Shown here piece after piece: positions 1 to 9,369 of a DNA stretch of 64,000 nt (positions within the stretch are counted from its first letter, which is position 1; every line of letters begins with the position of its first letter). Under the pieces are notes generated by a model. That model did not search any database. It had not been told where the DNA came from and saw only the letters and a list, made by a program, of their open reading frames with translations. The translations under genes and the position numbers were made by a program. Source of the stretch: an uncultured Chitinophagaceae bacterium (GTDB taxonomy: Bacteria; Bacteroidota; Ignavibacteria; UBA10030; UBA8401); contig CAYTOA010000002.1 of assembly GCA_964439265.1 (NCBI GenBank), positions 46,589 to 110,588 of the forward strand, in the 5' to 3' direction.

Positions 1-264
1 ATGGACGTTCGGGAACTCTCGCGGACACTTGCAAAAATCTGTGCAGCCACCGCCGGATTTAGTATCGTTGTGGAATTTTCGCACCACTATTTGACCCATC
101 TGGCGCCCCTTTCAGGCTTGCGCGAAAACCTGTTGGAGCTCGCAATCCCGTTGTTGCTGGGAGGCATGGTATATCTTATCCTTTGCAGAGCCATGAAAGT
201 TGAGGTCGTCAATATCATGTTGGAACAAGTGAGGCACTTTGCTGCAGGAGATACTGGGAAATGA
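1..264 (+). CDS. C-terminal fragment of a polytopic membrane protein, possibly a MurJ/Wzx-type flippase (5' end outside window)
   Basis: The ORF is open to the window edge. It has two hydrophobic segments (AATAGFSIVVEF, AIPLLLGGMVYLILC) followed by an amphipathic tail, as in flippase C-termini. Its stop overlaps the next gene's start (ATGA at 261-264), and glycosyltransferases follow. Confidence 0.35.
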   Translation: MDVRELSRTLAKICAATAGFSIVVEFSHHYLTHLAPLSGLRENLLELAIPLLLGGMVYLILCRAMKVEVVNIMLEQVRHFAAGDTGK

Positions 265-1397
265 AAGTACTGTTTATTTCCCACAGCAGCGTTGTACAAT
301 CGTATCAGCAAAAACTCTGTGAGCTTGCAAAGTATCCAGATATCGAAGTTCACTTGCTTGTTCCGAGCCATTGGAACGAGGCGAATCGTGACGTGGTGGC
401 TTCGGGGCCTCTGTGTCCGCAAATACATTTCCATGTTGAAAAAGCATATCTTGTCGGACGGGTTGGGGGATATTTCTTTAAACCGGGTTCAGTCCAACGC
501 CTGGTCTTACAACTGAAGCCGGATATTGTACATATAGAAGAAGAGCCGTGGAGCGCGGCGTGCTGGCAAGGGATACGCGCTGCTGAAGCCGCAGGCGCTG
601 CGAGCATTATATTCACGTGGGATAATATTTGGACGCGCTATCGATGGATCTCGGAAAGGATATTGCAGTATACTGTCAAGAGAGCCTCTTTCGTCATCGC
701 AGGTAATGAAGAGGGGAAGGACCTTTATCGGAGGAGGGGTTTTCGCCGCGGTATAGCGGTAATTCCGCAGTATGGAGTAGATGAAAAAGTATTTGACAAA
801 AGAGAATCTTCTTCATCAAGTCTAAGAACAGATTTTCCGGGGGGCGTTGTCGGCTACATCGGAAGGTTGGAGTCGGCAAAAGGAATCGATATTCTTCTGC
901 GAGCAGTAGCGTTACTGGACGATCGTATAGGTTGTTTTGTTCTTGGCCAAGGAGCGGATAAGGATCGGCTCACTGCATTGGCAATGGAACTCGGGATATC
1001 GTACCGGACAATATTTCGAGAGGGTGTGCCCCACGCTCAAATTGCCGATTACCTGCATTCGCTGGACATCCTGGTGCTTCCATCGCGCACAACGCTGATG
1101 TGGAAAGAGCAATTTGGTAGAATACTTGTCGAGGCCATGGCATGTGAGATACCGGTTATCGGGTCAGATTCTGGTGAAATTCCGTCTACAATAGGGGACG
1201 GAGGGCTTGTCTTTACGGAGGGAGACCACAACGATCTTCGCCGGAAGTTAGAGACGCTTCTTGCAAACAAAACCGTTCGGGAAGAAATAGGGAGAAAAGG
1301 AAGAAATCGTGTCCTTCAATTATTTACCAACAAACGCATTGCATCCCGATTAAAAGACGTTTATACGATGCTCTTGTCTTCAGCGAACTTGCCGTGA
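261..1397 (+). CDS. Glycosyltransferase family 4 (GT-B, RfaG-like)
   Basis: Motifs RLESAKGIDILL and VLPSR...EQFGRILVEAMACEIPVIGSDSGEIP (the E-x7-E region). The gene overlaps both neighbours by 4 nt. Confidence 0.85.
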   Translation: MKVLFISHSSVVQSYQQKLCELAKYPDIEVHLLVPSHWNEANRDVVASGPLCPQIHFHVEKAYLVGRVGGYFFKPGSVQRLVLQLKPDIVHIEEEPWSAACWQGIRAAEAAGAASIIFTWDNIWTRYRWISERILQYTVKRASFVIAGNEEGKDLYRRRGFRRGIAVIPQYGVDEKVFDKRESSSSSLRTDFPGGVVGYIGRLESAKGIDILLRAVALLDDRIGCFVLGQGADKDRLTALAMELGISYRTIFREGVPHAQIADYLHSLDILVLPSRTTLMWKEQFGRILVEAMACEIPVIGSDSGEIPSTIGDGGLVFTEGDHNDLRRKLETLLANKTVREEIGRKGRNRVLQLFTNKRIASRLKDVYTMLLSSANLP

Positions 1398-2518
1398 GTA
1401 AGTACATTTTTAAAAATAGATGGAAGATTGGGATTGTCTATTGCATCGACCTTCTCGGCTCGATTGTTTTCTATTTGCTGCGATTTCGCAATGAGACGAT
1501 GGATCCACAGTCTATTCTCGTTGTCAGAATCGATCAGGTTGGAGATATGATTCAGGCCCTCCCTTTTTTTACCGCTCTCAGGCAGAAATATCCGACGGCG
1601 CGAATCACAGCATTGTGCGCAAGTCCGGCGGAATTTCTGCTTCGAGGATTGTCTTCTGTCGACAGTATTATTGCAATGGAATGCTCATGGTTCTATCATG
1701 AAACTACAACAAGCATCCGTGAACTTCTTCGAGTATCCAAAGCAGTACGGGAAACGAAGGCAGACCTGGTTTTTGATCTCCGTGGGGATTTACGGAATAT
1801 TATTTTTCTTTTCCTTTCCGGCGGGGGAAGAATATACGGATATGGGTGGACAGGGGGAGGATTTTTGCTGGCGAAAGAATTCCGGTATGAAAAAGACGAT
1901 CATGAAATAGACAAAAATCTCAGGCTGATCGGCAAGAAATCTCAGCAATATATCACGCTGGAGTTTGGAATGAATGAGCAGGCTGAGCGTGATGCTGAAC
2001 AAGTATTTAAAACTCACACCGGGGAAAGAACAGTAGTGTTGCATCCGTTTACACGAGCCTCGTCCAAAATGTGGGGGATTGATCGGTATAAGGATTTGGT
2101 CGGACGGATCGGGGAATTTTCACAAGGGACAACGATATTCGTGGTAGGGTCCCTGGAAGAACGCGACCTTGTGCGTGAGTTCCCCTGGGGCAGCCGACTG
2201 ATAGATTGTACCGGGGTACTAAGCTTTGCCGGAACATTGGCCTTGATCAAAAAGGTCGATGTTTTTATCGGAAACGATTCAGGTCCGCAGTACATGGCAG
2301 CATATTCGGGAAAGAAGACGTGCGTTATTTACGGAGACACCGTCAACTATCTCCGTTGGAAACCAAAAGTCCGGGACGAGGACCTGATCGCATTTTCGAA
2401 AGATGTTTATTGCGGCCCATGCGAATCGAGTGTGTGCCTGAATAAGAAGGAGGGACATCTCTGCATGAACATTATAACGGTTCAAGAAGTATTCGATGCC
2501 GTGAAGAAATGGCTGTGA
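1394..2518 (+). CDS. Glycosyltransferase family 9 (heptosyltransferase-like)
   Basis: N-terminal ILVVRIDQVGDMIQALPFFTALRQKYPTARITAL and C-terminal FIGNDSGPQYMAA are typical GT9/RfaF-RfaC signatures. Confidence 0.85.
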   Translation: MSKYIFKNRWKIGIVYCIDLLGSIVFYLLRFRNETMDPQSILVVRIDQVGDMIQALPFFTALRQKYPTARITALCASPAEFLLRGLSSVDSIIAMECSWFYHETTTSIRELLRVSKAVRETKADLVFDLRGDLRNIIFLFLSGGGRIYGYGWTGGGFLLAKEFRYEKDDHEIDKNLRLIGKKSQQYITLEFGMNEQAERDAEQVFKTHTGERTVVLHPFTRASSKMWGIDRYKDLVGRIGEFSQGTTIFVVGSLEERDLVREFPWGSRLIDCTGVLSFAGTLALIKKVDVFIGNDSGPQYMAAYSGKKTCVIYGDTVNYLRWKPKVRDEDLIAFSKDVYCGPCESSVCLNKKEGHLCMNIITVQEVFDAVKKWL

Positions 2519-2596
2519 ACCACCGGCCTGATGAAGGCAGGATGCCAGAGACTGGAGACATTGTTTATTGACTGTGTTCCTTAATACATTTCTGCT

Positions 2597-3697
2597 ATGG
2601 CATTAATCGCAATCGACGTCCGAAAATATAACGATTACGGCATCGGCACGTATATCAGAAACCTCGTTGAGCAGCTCGCCCTATTGGACACTCTTCACAG
2701 GTTCTCACTCTTCGTCGCACCGGAAGATGAAAAGACTGAATCGTTTCCGAAGGGGTGGAATATTACTCCGGTTCATTATGGTAAATATTCTCTAAGCGAA
2801 CTTCTTTTTTTTGCGGGCAAAGCGCGTGCACAGGGCGTTTCGGTGTTCCATTCGCCGCACTATACGCTTCCCTTCGGACTCAAAGGGAAATCTGTCGTCA
2901 CGATTCATGACCTTATTCATTTGCGATTTCCAGAATACTTTTCTTTATTACAGCGGTCATACTCATACGGAATGATCTGGCACGCGCTTCGTGATGCGCG
3001 CTTCGTGATCACGGTCTCTGAATTTACCAAGCGGGACATCCTCCGCACATTCCGTGTGCATGAAGACAAGATCGTTGTCATTCCGCTCGGGGTCTCAGAA
3101 CAATTTCATATGAAGGCAGACCCCTCCCGGATGGAAGACTTCAAATCAAAGTTCAGCCTCGCCCATACTTACATTCTTTTTGTCGGAAACACCAAGCCTC
3201 ATAAAGGGCTTGATATCCTTCTCAGGGCGTTTAAAGAAGTCAATGTTCTCTTCCCCGATGTTGATCTAGTGTTCGCAGGGGCGCGGTCTGGTACAGACAG
3301 ATCGGTGCAAGAATTAGCAATTGGTCTGGGCCTGTCAAAAAAAGTTAAATTGCTGGGAAGAATTTCAAACGAGGATCTAGCTCTTGCGTACGAGGGAGCA
3401 GAAATGTTTGTCCTGCCTTCACGCTATGAAGGTTTCGGGCTACCGGCATTGGAGGCGATGGCCAGCGGCGTGCCCGTCATTGTCTCCGACAAAGGATCTC
3501 TTCCTGAGGTCGTGGGAGATGCTGCATTGATCTGCAAATCAGAAAATCATGGCATGTTTGCGGACGCAATGATCAATTTGCTTCGGGACCCGGCGCTAAG
3601 AACCGACATGTCTTCAAAGGGGAAAAAGCATTCGAAGGAGTTCCTCTGGAGTGTGACAGCCCAAAAGACACTGGATGTCTATGAGAAAGCATTGTGA
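2597..3697 (+). CDS. Glycosyltransferase family 4
   Basis: Motifs [13 protein letters not shown] and [39 protein letters not shown]. Confidence 0.85.
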   Translation: MALIAIDVRKYNDYGIGTYIRNLVEQLALLDTLHRFSLFVAPEDEKTESFPKGWNITPVHYGKYSLSELLFFAGKARAQGVSVFHSPHYTLPFGLKGKSVVTIHDLIHLRFPEYFSLLQRSYSYGMIWHALRDARFVITVSEFTKRDILRTFRVHEDKIVVIPLGVSEQFHMKADPSRMEDFKSKFSLAHTYILFVGNTKPHKGLDILLRAFKEVNVLFPDVDLVFAGARSGTDRSVQELAIGLGLSKKVKLLGRISNEDLALAYEGAEMFVLPSRYEGFGLPALEAMASGVPVIVSDKGSLPEVVGDAALICKSENHGMFADAMINLLRDPALRTDMSSKGKKHSKEFLWSVTAQKTLDVYEKAL

Positions 3698-3703
3698 GGC
3701 CTT

Positions 3704-4300
3704 ATGAACAAAGAGATGACGCAACGAATTGGAATCTTTGGCGGAACGTTCAATCCTCCACACATCGGACATCTTATCGTTGCTGAAAGCGTTTGTGAAC
3801 AGCTGAAGCTTGAGAAGGTGATTTTTGTGCCATCATTCATCTCCCCGCACAAAAAGAAAGGAGAAGAGAGGCTCTCGTTCCATCGGCTGCAGATGGTGAG
3901 GCTCGCGATCAGATTAAACCCGCACTTTGACATCTCCGAGATAGAAGTGACGAGAAAAGGCATGTCTTACACGTATGAAACTTTAGAAACCTTCCATCGG
4001 AAATACCCCTCGTCCAAGCTATTCTTCATCATCGGTGCGGATAATTTTGCCGAGTTTCATACATGGAAGAACCCGGCAAGAATTGTGGAGTTGGCGTCGC
4101 TTGTCGTTATGAACAGGCCGCTCAATACCCCAGGCGTTAGGAGAAAAGGATTCGTTAAAGGTGCGCAATTCGCGCCGGTGCCGGATATTCAAATATCATC
4201 GACCGAAATAAGGAAGATGATCGCCGAAAATAAGTCGATCCGTTATCTGGTACCCCAGGTGGTACTCCATTATATCCAGCGTCACAAACTTTACCGTTAG
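3704..4300 (+). CDS. nadD: Nicotinate-nucleotide adenylyltransferase
   Basis: GIFGGTFNPPHIGHL (the (H/T)xGH nucleotidyltransferase motif) and ISSTEIRKMI near the C-terminus. The ~198 aa length fits NadD. Confidence 0.9.
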   Translation: MNKEMTQRIGIFGGTFNPPHIGHLIVAESVCEQLKLEKVIFVPSFISPHKKKGEERLSFHRLQMVRLAIRLNPHFDISEIEVTRKGMSYTYETLETFHRKYPSSKLFFIIGADNFAEFHTWKNPARIVELASLVVMNRPLNTPGVRRKGFVKGAQFAPVPDIQISSTEIRKMIAENKSIRYLVPQVVLHYIQRHKLYR

Positions 4301-4326
4301 ATCGCGCTTTCACGTCTATTGAACGG

Positions 4327-4365
4327 CAAAGCCCCCGCATAGCAGGGGCTTTGTAGTTTTGTTTT
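4327..4365 (+). terminator. Rho-independent terminator after nadD
   Basis: A 9-bp stem (caaagcccc / ggggctttg) with a 9-nt loop, followed by gtagTTTTgTTTTc. It sits between convergent genes. Confidence 0.6.
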
Positions 4366-4413
4366 CTACCGTTACATGGCCGTGGATGTCACGACCTCGC
4401 CGAGCAATGACCT

Positions 4414-7137
4414 TTACCGTCTCTTTTCCGATTCGATTTCAGCCACACGTCCTTGAATCATCGAGCTAATGCCTGGAACTCTCGGGTACGCTTCGACAAT
4501 ATGGTTCATTGTAGCGATCGCGCTGTCATAATCTTTCAACGTCTCATACGACTGCGACAGCACAATAAGAGGATTATATTGATCCAATTGCTCTGTCATT
4601 GGCCGGTTCATGTATGAGCTTAACTCATTCACAAGTTCCCGAGCATACAAACGAGCATGAAGCGAATCTCCGGCGAGTTTGTAAATCTCGCAAATATCGG
4701 ACTTCGTACGGTAGTCAAGGGCGATGATGGAATGCGGCACCACTTGTTCCATCCGGTTCAGCGTTGCTACGGCCCCAGCCGATTCCCGTTTAATATTCGA
4801 GAGGTAGACCGTGAGCGCCAGAAATGCTTGCCGGTAATTCATGATCAGTCGCCGCTGGTTTTCATCGAAATGCACCGACGGATCCTGTAACCCTCTCCAT
4901 CGAAAGCCGAACGACGGGGTTTGGATGGGATTTTGGATATCGGTCATGAGTTGTTTGGTCAATGAGGCTTCGTTCACACCCTCCCAGAACGAGCGAATTT
5001 TACGCGGAACAAGTTTCATCGCCAGGCCGCGCATTTCCATATGATCTTGCAGCCCGATCTTGCTGTCATCGCCCCCGGTCGTTGCGAAGTAAATCGGACG
5101 CTGCCAGCGGTTCGTGCGGATAATATCGAACACCAGGATGTCCTGCACCCGCAGCGCCTTGATGTTCCCAAACTGGAGAGTTGCCGGCATGACAAACTTC
5201 ACAGTGTCGACGATTTCCGACCCGCGCGCGCGGCGAACCTCAGGATCCGACAAACGGAAGTCCGTATTCGATGAGTCCCATCCCTCTTCTGCACTGCGGG
5301 GAACCGGCAGCGAAAACATCTGCGGTTCGTACTGCACAGGCTGAATTCCCGTGATCTGTTCGTCCGTCATGCTGATCGGCACCTTTTTCGCGCCGAACGG
5401 TTCACTGTTCTTTAACTGTTTGATGTACCAATCGGTGTTGGCGAGGCTCAGACAAATGACGCGTACGTCCCGGCGAACACCCTCGACATCCTGGAGATAC
5501 CACAGGGGAAAAGTATCGTTGTCGCCGTTGGTAATCAGTATCGCATCCTTTTCGGTACTTTGAAGCAGATTGTACGCATAATCCCACGCAAGATAGTGTC
5601 CGTAGCGGCTCGACGGATGAATGTTCGTTCGCAGCATATTTGCCGGTACAAACACAAATGCCGCGGCGAGCACGATATACCCGGCAATACGAGCGGATTC
5701 TTCTTTTAGCTTCTGCTCAAGAAAATTGACGATCGCCAGCGTTCCCATGCCTATCCACAGACAGAATCCGAAGAACGAGTAGACAAAGAAATAATCTCTT
5801 TCACGAGGTTGTTCCTGCTGCATGTTGAAATAGAACGCAAGTGCAAACCCGGTAAGAACAAAATAGATCGTCATGATGAATGCCATCTTCGGATCTATTT
5901 TCCAATGGTAAATGAATCCTATCAAGCCGATGAGGAGCGGTATCCCGAATAACTGGGCAAAACGGACACCGGCACCCTGCCAATCGTCCTCTTTACCGAT
6001 AAAATTCCATCCGAAATATCGGAGGTACATATGGTTGATCTGGTACCGCCAGAAGTAATCTCCGTCGCTCGAATAATTCTTGAAATATTCCATCTTATCG
6101 GGTTCGTTCGACCAGCGGCGCTGCATGAGCGGTGTTTCGCCATACTGCTCGCGCTCGAGATACATGACGAGTCTCTTGAGCGTGCTCGGATCGTCCTCAT
6201 TGATCGGCGGGTTCGCGTTCGATCGGATGAAAACGACGGCGTAAATTGAATAGCCGAGTAGTATGAAGAGAAATGACAGCGCTGCGATGTTGAGAATTCG
6301 TTTCTGATTCTTGATGGAGTAATAGAGGAGAAAAAATGCAGCGAGAGGAAGCACGACAGCAACGAGAATCCACAGGTCGGTCGTTATTCCGAACACCTCG
6401 CCGTTCAGCATAGAGGGGTACCACTTGACGATACCCGGATAGGCGCTGAAAAAAATTAGCGAGGCGACGACCCCGAATTTTATTATGTCGGTCGAAAAAA
6501 TAAATTGCTTCAGTGAATGCTGATAGAATCGGAAGTAGACTACCAGGATCGCCACCGAAAATCCCATGAGTCCATGGATATGGATGCCGGTTGTCAAACC
6601 AACGAGGAATGTTATGAGCAGTAAATATGCATCGCTGTGCGGCTCCTCGTACTCTTCATGCCACCGCAGGACGAGCCAAATAATGAGTGCAGTGAAAAGA
6701 AGACTGGTGTTTCGAGTTTCGGTTTCGGTCGCGTTAAACCAGAACGTCGTGCTGAAGGTGAGTGCGAGGGCACCGATGGCTGCGGATCCATATACCGCTA
6801 TCCGGTCGAATGGAGCCTGAGGCAGCTCATGGCGCAGCAGAATCACTCGAACGGTGATAAGATACAGGAGCGTGACCACAAATGCACTTGCCAGCGCATT
6901 GATGAAATGCATGCGGACAGCGATGTCTGAAAATAGCGGTATCATCGAAGCCACTCGCATGACAATCACCAACAAGGGAGAACCCGGCGGGTGCTGTACT
7001 TGGAGGAGAAACGACGCTGCACAGTGTTCGGGAACGTCCCAGAAAACGACCGTTGGCGGCAACGTATAGAGATACGTGATCAGCGTGATTGCAAATACTG
7101 CAAATGCTACGATGCGATTTATTTTTTTGTGTCCCAT
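4414..7137 (-). CDS. DUF2723-family polytopic membrane protein (glycosyltransferase-C-like fold) with a C-terminal helical-repeat region
   Basis: N-terminal FWDVPEHCAASFLLQVQHPPGSPL matches the DUF2723 signature (FWDxGExxAxxxxLxVxHPPGxP). There are at least 10 predicted TM helices and a soluble C-terminal ~350 aa. I prefer the ATG at 7137 over the TTG at 7173. Confidence 0.7.
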   Translation of the reverse strand: MGHKKINRIVAFAVFAITLITYLYTLPPTVVFWDVPEHCAASFLLQVQHPPGSPLLVIVMRVASMIPLFSDIAVRMHFINALASAFVVTLLYLITVRVILLRHELPQAPFDRIAVYGSAAIGALALTFSTTFWFNATETETRNTSLLFTALIIWLVLRWHEEYEEPHSDAYLLLITFLVGLTTGIHIHGLMGFSVAILVVYFRFYQHSLKQFIFSTDIIKFGVVASLIFFSAYPGIVKWYPSMLNGEVFGITTDLWILVAVVLPLAAFFLLYYSIKNQKRILNIAALSFLFILLGYSIYAVVFIRSNANPPINEDDPSTLKRLVMYLEREQYGETPLMQRRWSNEPDKMEYFKNYSSDGDYFWRYQINHMYLRYFGWNFIGKEDDWQGAGVRFAQLFGIPLLIGLIGFIYHWKIDPKMAFIMTIYFVLTGFALAFYFNMQQEQPRERDYFFVYSFFGFCLWIGMGTLAIVNFLEQKLKEESARIAGYIVLAAAFVFVPANMLRTNIHPSSRYGHYLAWDYAYNLLQSTEKDAILITNGDNDTFPLWYLQDVEGVRRDVRVICLSLANTDWYIKQLKNSEPFGAKKVPISMTDEQITGIQPVQYEPQMFSLPVPRSAEEGWDSSNTDFRLSDPEVRRARGSEIVDTVKFVMPATLQFGNIKALRVQDILVFDIIRTNRWQRPIYFATTGGDDSKIGLQDHMEMRGLAMKLVPRKIRSFWEGVNEASLTKQLMTDIQNPIQTPSFGFRWRGLQDPSVHFDENQRRLIMNYRQAFLALTVYLSNIKRESAGAVATLNRMEQVVPHSIIALDYRTKSDICEIYKLAGDSLHARLYARELVNELSSYMNRPMTEQLDQYNPLIVLSQSYETLKDYDSAIATMNHIVEAYPRVPGISSMIQGRVAEIESEKRR

Positions 7138-7558
7138 GTCCGATTCGTATGTGGATGAAGTGAATGGATCCAAAACTATATATTATATGGCATTATTTCC
7201 TCGAATTCAACCTCGATTTCATTTTCGTCTACCTCGCGACTCGATCCGGCCGGATCAGGGATTGTCCGTTAAAACGATATTGTCCTCCATTTCGGGGTCT
7301 TGCGAGGAGCCTGTACACCCGAAAAAACGAAATGCATAGACAGCTAGGTGCTCAAGATTGGACGGATAGAAAATTGAAAAATGTTTGGAAATTGAGTATA
7401 TTGGTCAGTGAGAATTGCAGTTCCCCGGAGACGCGGCAGCCCGTTCATCGCCGATGTATTGATCGATATATTATTTTGAAACCGTAGATTGGCGGGCAGG
7501 ACAACCGGAATATCTGAGTGTGGGAAGAGCGGGCTTTAACTACTATGAAAGGAAGAAA

Positions 7559-7897
7559 ATGGGAAATCTTGGTGCACCAGAATTAATACTGATCCTCCTT
7601 GTTATCGTGGTCTTTTTCGGAGCGAAGAAGATACCGGAGATCGCGCAAGGATTCGGAAAAGGCATCCGCGAATTTCGAAAGGCGAGCAAAGACATTCAGG
7701 AAGATATCGCAGTAGATGAGGCCAAAATGATCTCGGGAAAGAATTGCCCGTCCTGCAACTCTCAAGTTATTGAGGGCGCGAAGTTCTGCCCAACGTGCGG
7801 GAAGTCACTGGTGGGGATCAATTGCGCCCAATGCCATACTTTGAATCCGGTCGGAAGCAAGTTCTGCAAGGAATGCGGCAGCCCACTCGCGGGCTGA
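7559..7897 (+). CDS. tatA: TatA/E-family twin-arginine translocase subunit fused to a C-terminal double zinc ribbon
   Basis: MGNLGAPELILILLVIVVFFGAKKIPEIAQGFGKGIREFRKA is a canonical TatA TM plus amphipathic helix. The C-terminus carries CPSC..CPTC and CAQC..CKEC. An ATG at 7559 follows a GGAAG Shine-Dalgarno; the GTG at 7520 in the ORF track adds 13 unlikely residues. Confidence 0.8.
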   Translation: MGNLGAPELILILLVIVVFFGAKKIPEIAQGFGKGIREFRKASKDIQEDIAVDEAKMISGKNCPSCNSQVIEGAKFCPTCGKSLVGINCAQCHTLNPVGSKFCKECGSPLAG

Positions 7898-7951
7898 GCA
7901 TTTTCGCCCGAAAACATTCGACACCGATTCTAAAAAAGTTCCACTGCGTAC

Positions 7952-8857
7952 ATGATTTCTCAAGAGTTTTTAGCTAAGATACCGATCTTCGAGAAGCTCT
8001 CTTCGGCTGATCTCGAAGTACTGCGTACACTCTGGCATCCCCGCGAGTTGAAAGCAAACGAGGTGCTTTTCCGGAAAGGGGAGAGCGGTTCTTCAATGTA
8101 TATCATCGAGGAAGGGACCATAGAGATCTCCGTTCCGGCGGAATTGGAGCGCAAGGACATTCGGGTGTCCCTCTTGAGCCAGGGGGAATTCTTCGGAGAA
8201 CTTTCTCTCGTTGACGGCCTGCCGCGGACTGCAAAGGCGACAGCCACGAGCGACACCCGTGTTCTGGAGATGATGCGCGACCACTTCATTCAATTTGTCA
8301 CCGGCCGCCCGACGGTCGCGATCTCAATGATCAGCGAGATGGGGAGGCGGCTCCGTGCGACGAACGATCTTGTGACCACGCTCGCATCGAAGAACGTGAA
8401 CGTTGAGATGGAAGACCAGCTGAGTTTTGGCGACAGGCTAGCGGACAAGGTTGCTGATTTTGTTGGAAGCTGGACTTTTGTGATTTATTTCTTTGCAGGC
8501 TTTCTCATATGGATACTCTTGAATGTCCTGGAATGGTTGTTCAGGCCGTTTGACGCGTATCCTTTCGTCTTTCTGAATCTCGTGCTTGCGGTGGTCGCAT
8601 CTCTTCAAGCTCCCTTGATCATGATGAGCCAGAATCGTGCACAAAAGCAGGATCGTCTAAAAGCGGACCTGGACTACCAGGTGAGCTTGAAATCAGAATT
8701 GATGCTTCAACAGCTGCACGTCAAGACAGACGAAATGCGGGCACTCGAGTTTCAAACAATGGAAGAGATCCTGAAGAAAGAACTTGCGTATATCCGGCAT
8801 CAATTGGAAGAAATTCACAACCTTCCTCCAAGCGACCCTCTGGAACGAACCCGCTGA
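7952..8857 (+). CDS. Cyclic-nucleotide-binding domain fused to a DUF1003 membrane domain
   Basis: The N-terminus has a cNMP-binding fold (FGELSLVDGLPRTATATA, RRL). The C-terminus has FGDRLADKVADFVGSWTFVIYF...YPFVFLNLVLAVVASLQAPLIMMSQNRQ..KDRLKADLDYQV, the DUF1003 signature. Confidence 0.8.
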   Translation: MISQEFLAKIPIFEKLSSADLEVLRTLWHPRELKANEVLFRKGESGSSMYIIEEGTIEISVPAELERKDIRVSLLSQGEFFGELSLVDGLPRTAKATATSDTRVLEMMRDHFIQFVTGRPTVAISMISEMGRRLRATNDLVTTLASKNVNVEMEDQLSFGDRLADKVADFVGSWTFVIYFFAGFLIWILLNVLEWLFRPFDAYPFVFLNLVLAVVASLQAPLIMMSQNRAQKQDRLKADLDYQVSLKSELMLQQLHVKTDEMRALEFQTMEEILKKELAYIRHQLEEIHNLPPSDPLERTR

Positions 8858-9002
8858 AGATTATTTCGCTGAAAAAACATCCCTCGATGTCCGAATAATC
8901 GATTGTCGACATTCTCCATTACAGCCTGACGCCTTCTCGAAAGTTGTACCCGGTTCAACAACCGCCAATCGGCTCGATCCTGTGCGACGCAATCGTCTAC
9001 AT

Positions 9003-9368
9003 TCACGAAAGACATTCTCGCACAGCTGCCAAAAAGTGCGACCTGTCAAAGGGTTTTTCGAATGTATAATCTGCGCCGAAGTGCTGCGCCATGCGCAGGT
9101 ATTGTTCGGGACTTATTTTTCCCCCTCCGGAAATCGCAATGATAGGGAGAACCTTGCTTTTGCTGCGGATGGCGATAATAGTCTCAATTCCTTCTTTTTC
9201 CGGCATAACGATGTCTGTGACGACAAGGTCAAAGGATTTCGATGCCAGAAGGTTCAGCCCGCTTTCTCCGTCATCCGCCCCCTCGGCCTCATAGCCTGCT
9301 TCTGAGAGCAGCTGCACTGTCATCCCGTTCATTATTTCGTCGTCGTCGATTACCAATATTCTAGACAT
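9003..9368 (-). CDS. Single-domain response regulator (CheY-like receiver)
   Basis: ILVIDDDE...DLVVTDIVMPEKEGIE...KPF receiver motifs. I chose the ATG at 9368, which is preceded by GGAGG and lies 1 nt after the upstream kinase's TAG. Confidence 0.85.
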   Translation of the reverse strand: MSRILVIDDDEIMNGMTVQLLSEAGYEAEGADDGESGLNLLASKSFDLVVTDIVMPEKEGIETIIAIRSKSKVLPIIAISGGGKISPEQYLRMAQHFGADYTFEKPFDRSHFLAAVRECLS

Positions 9369-9369
9369 G

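Noticed and set aside
7520-7558. GTG-initiated 13-residue N-terminal extension of TatA (MGRAGFNYYERKK)
   Set aside because: TatA proteins begin directly with the short periplasmic stub and the TM helix. An ATG at 7559 with an upstream GGAAG gives the canonical MGNLG... start.
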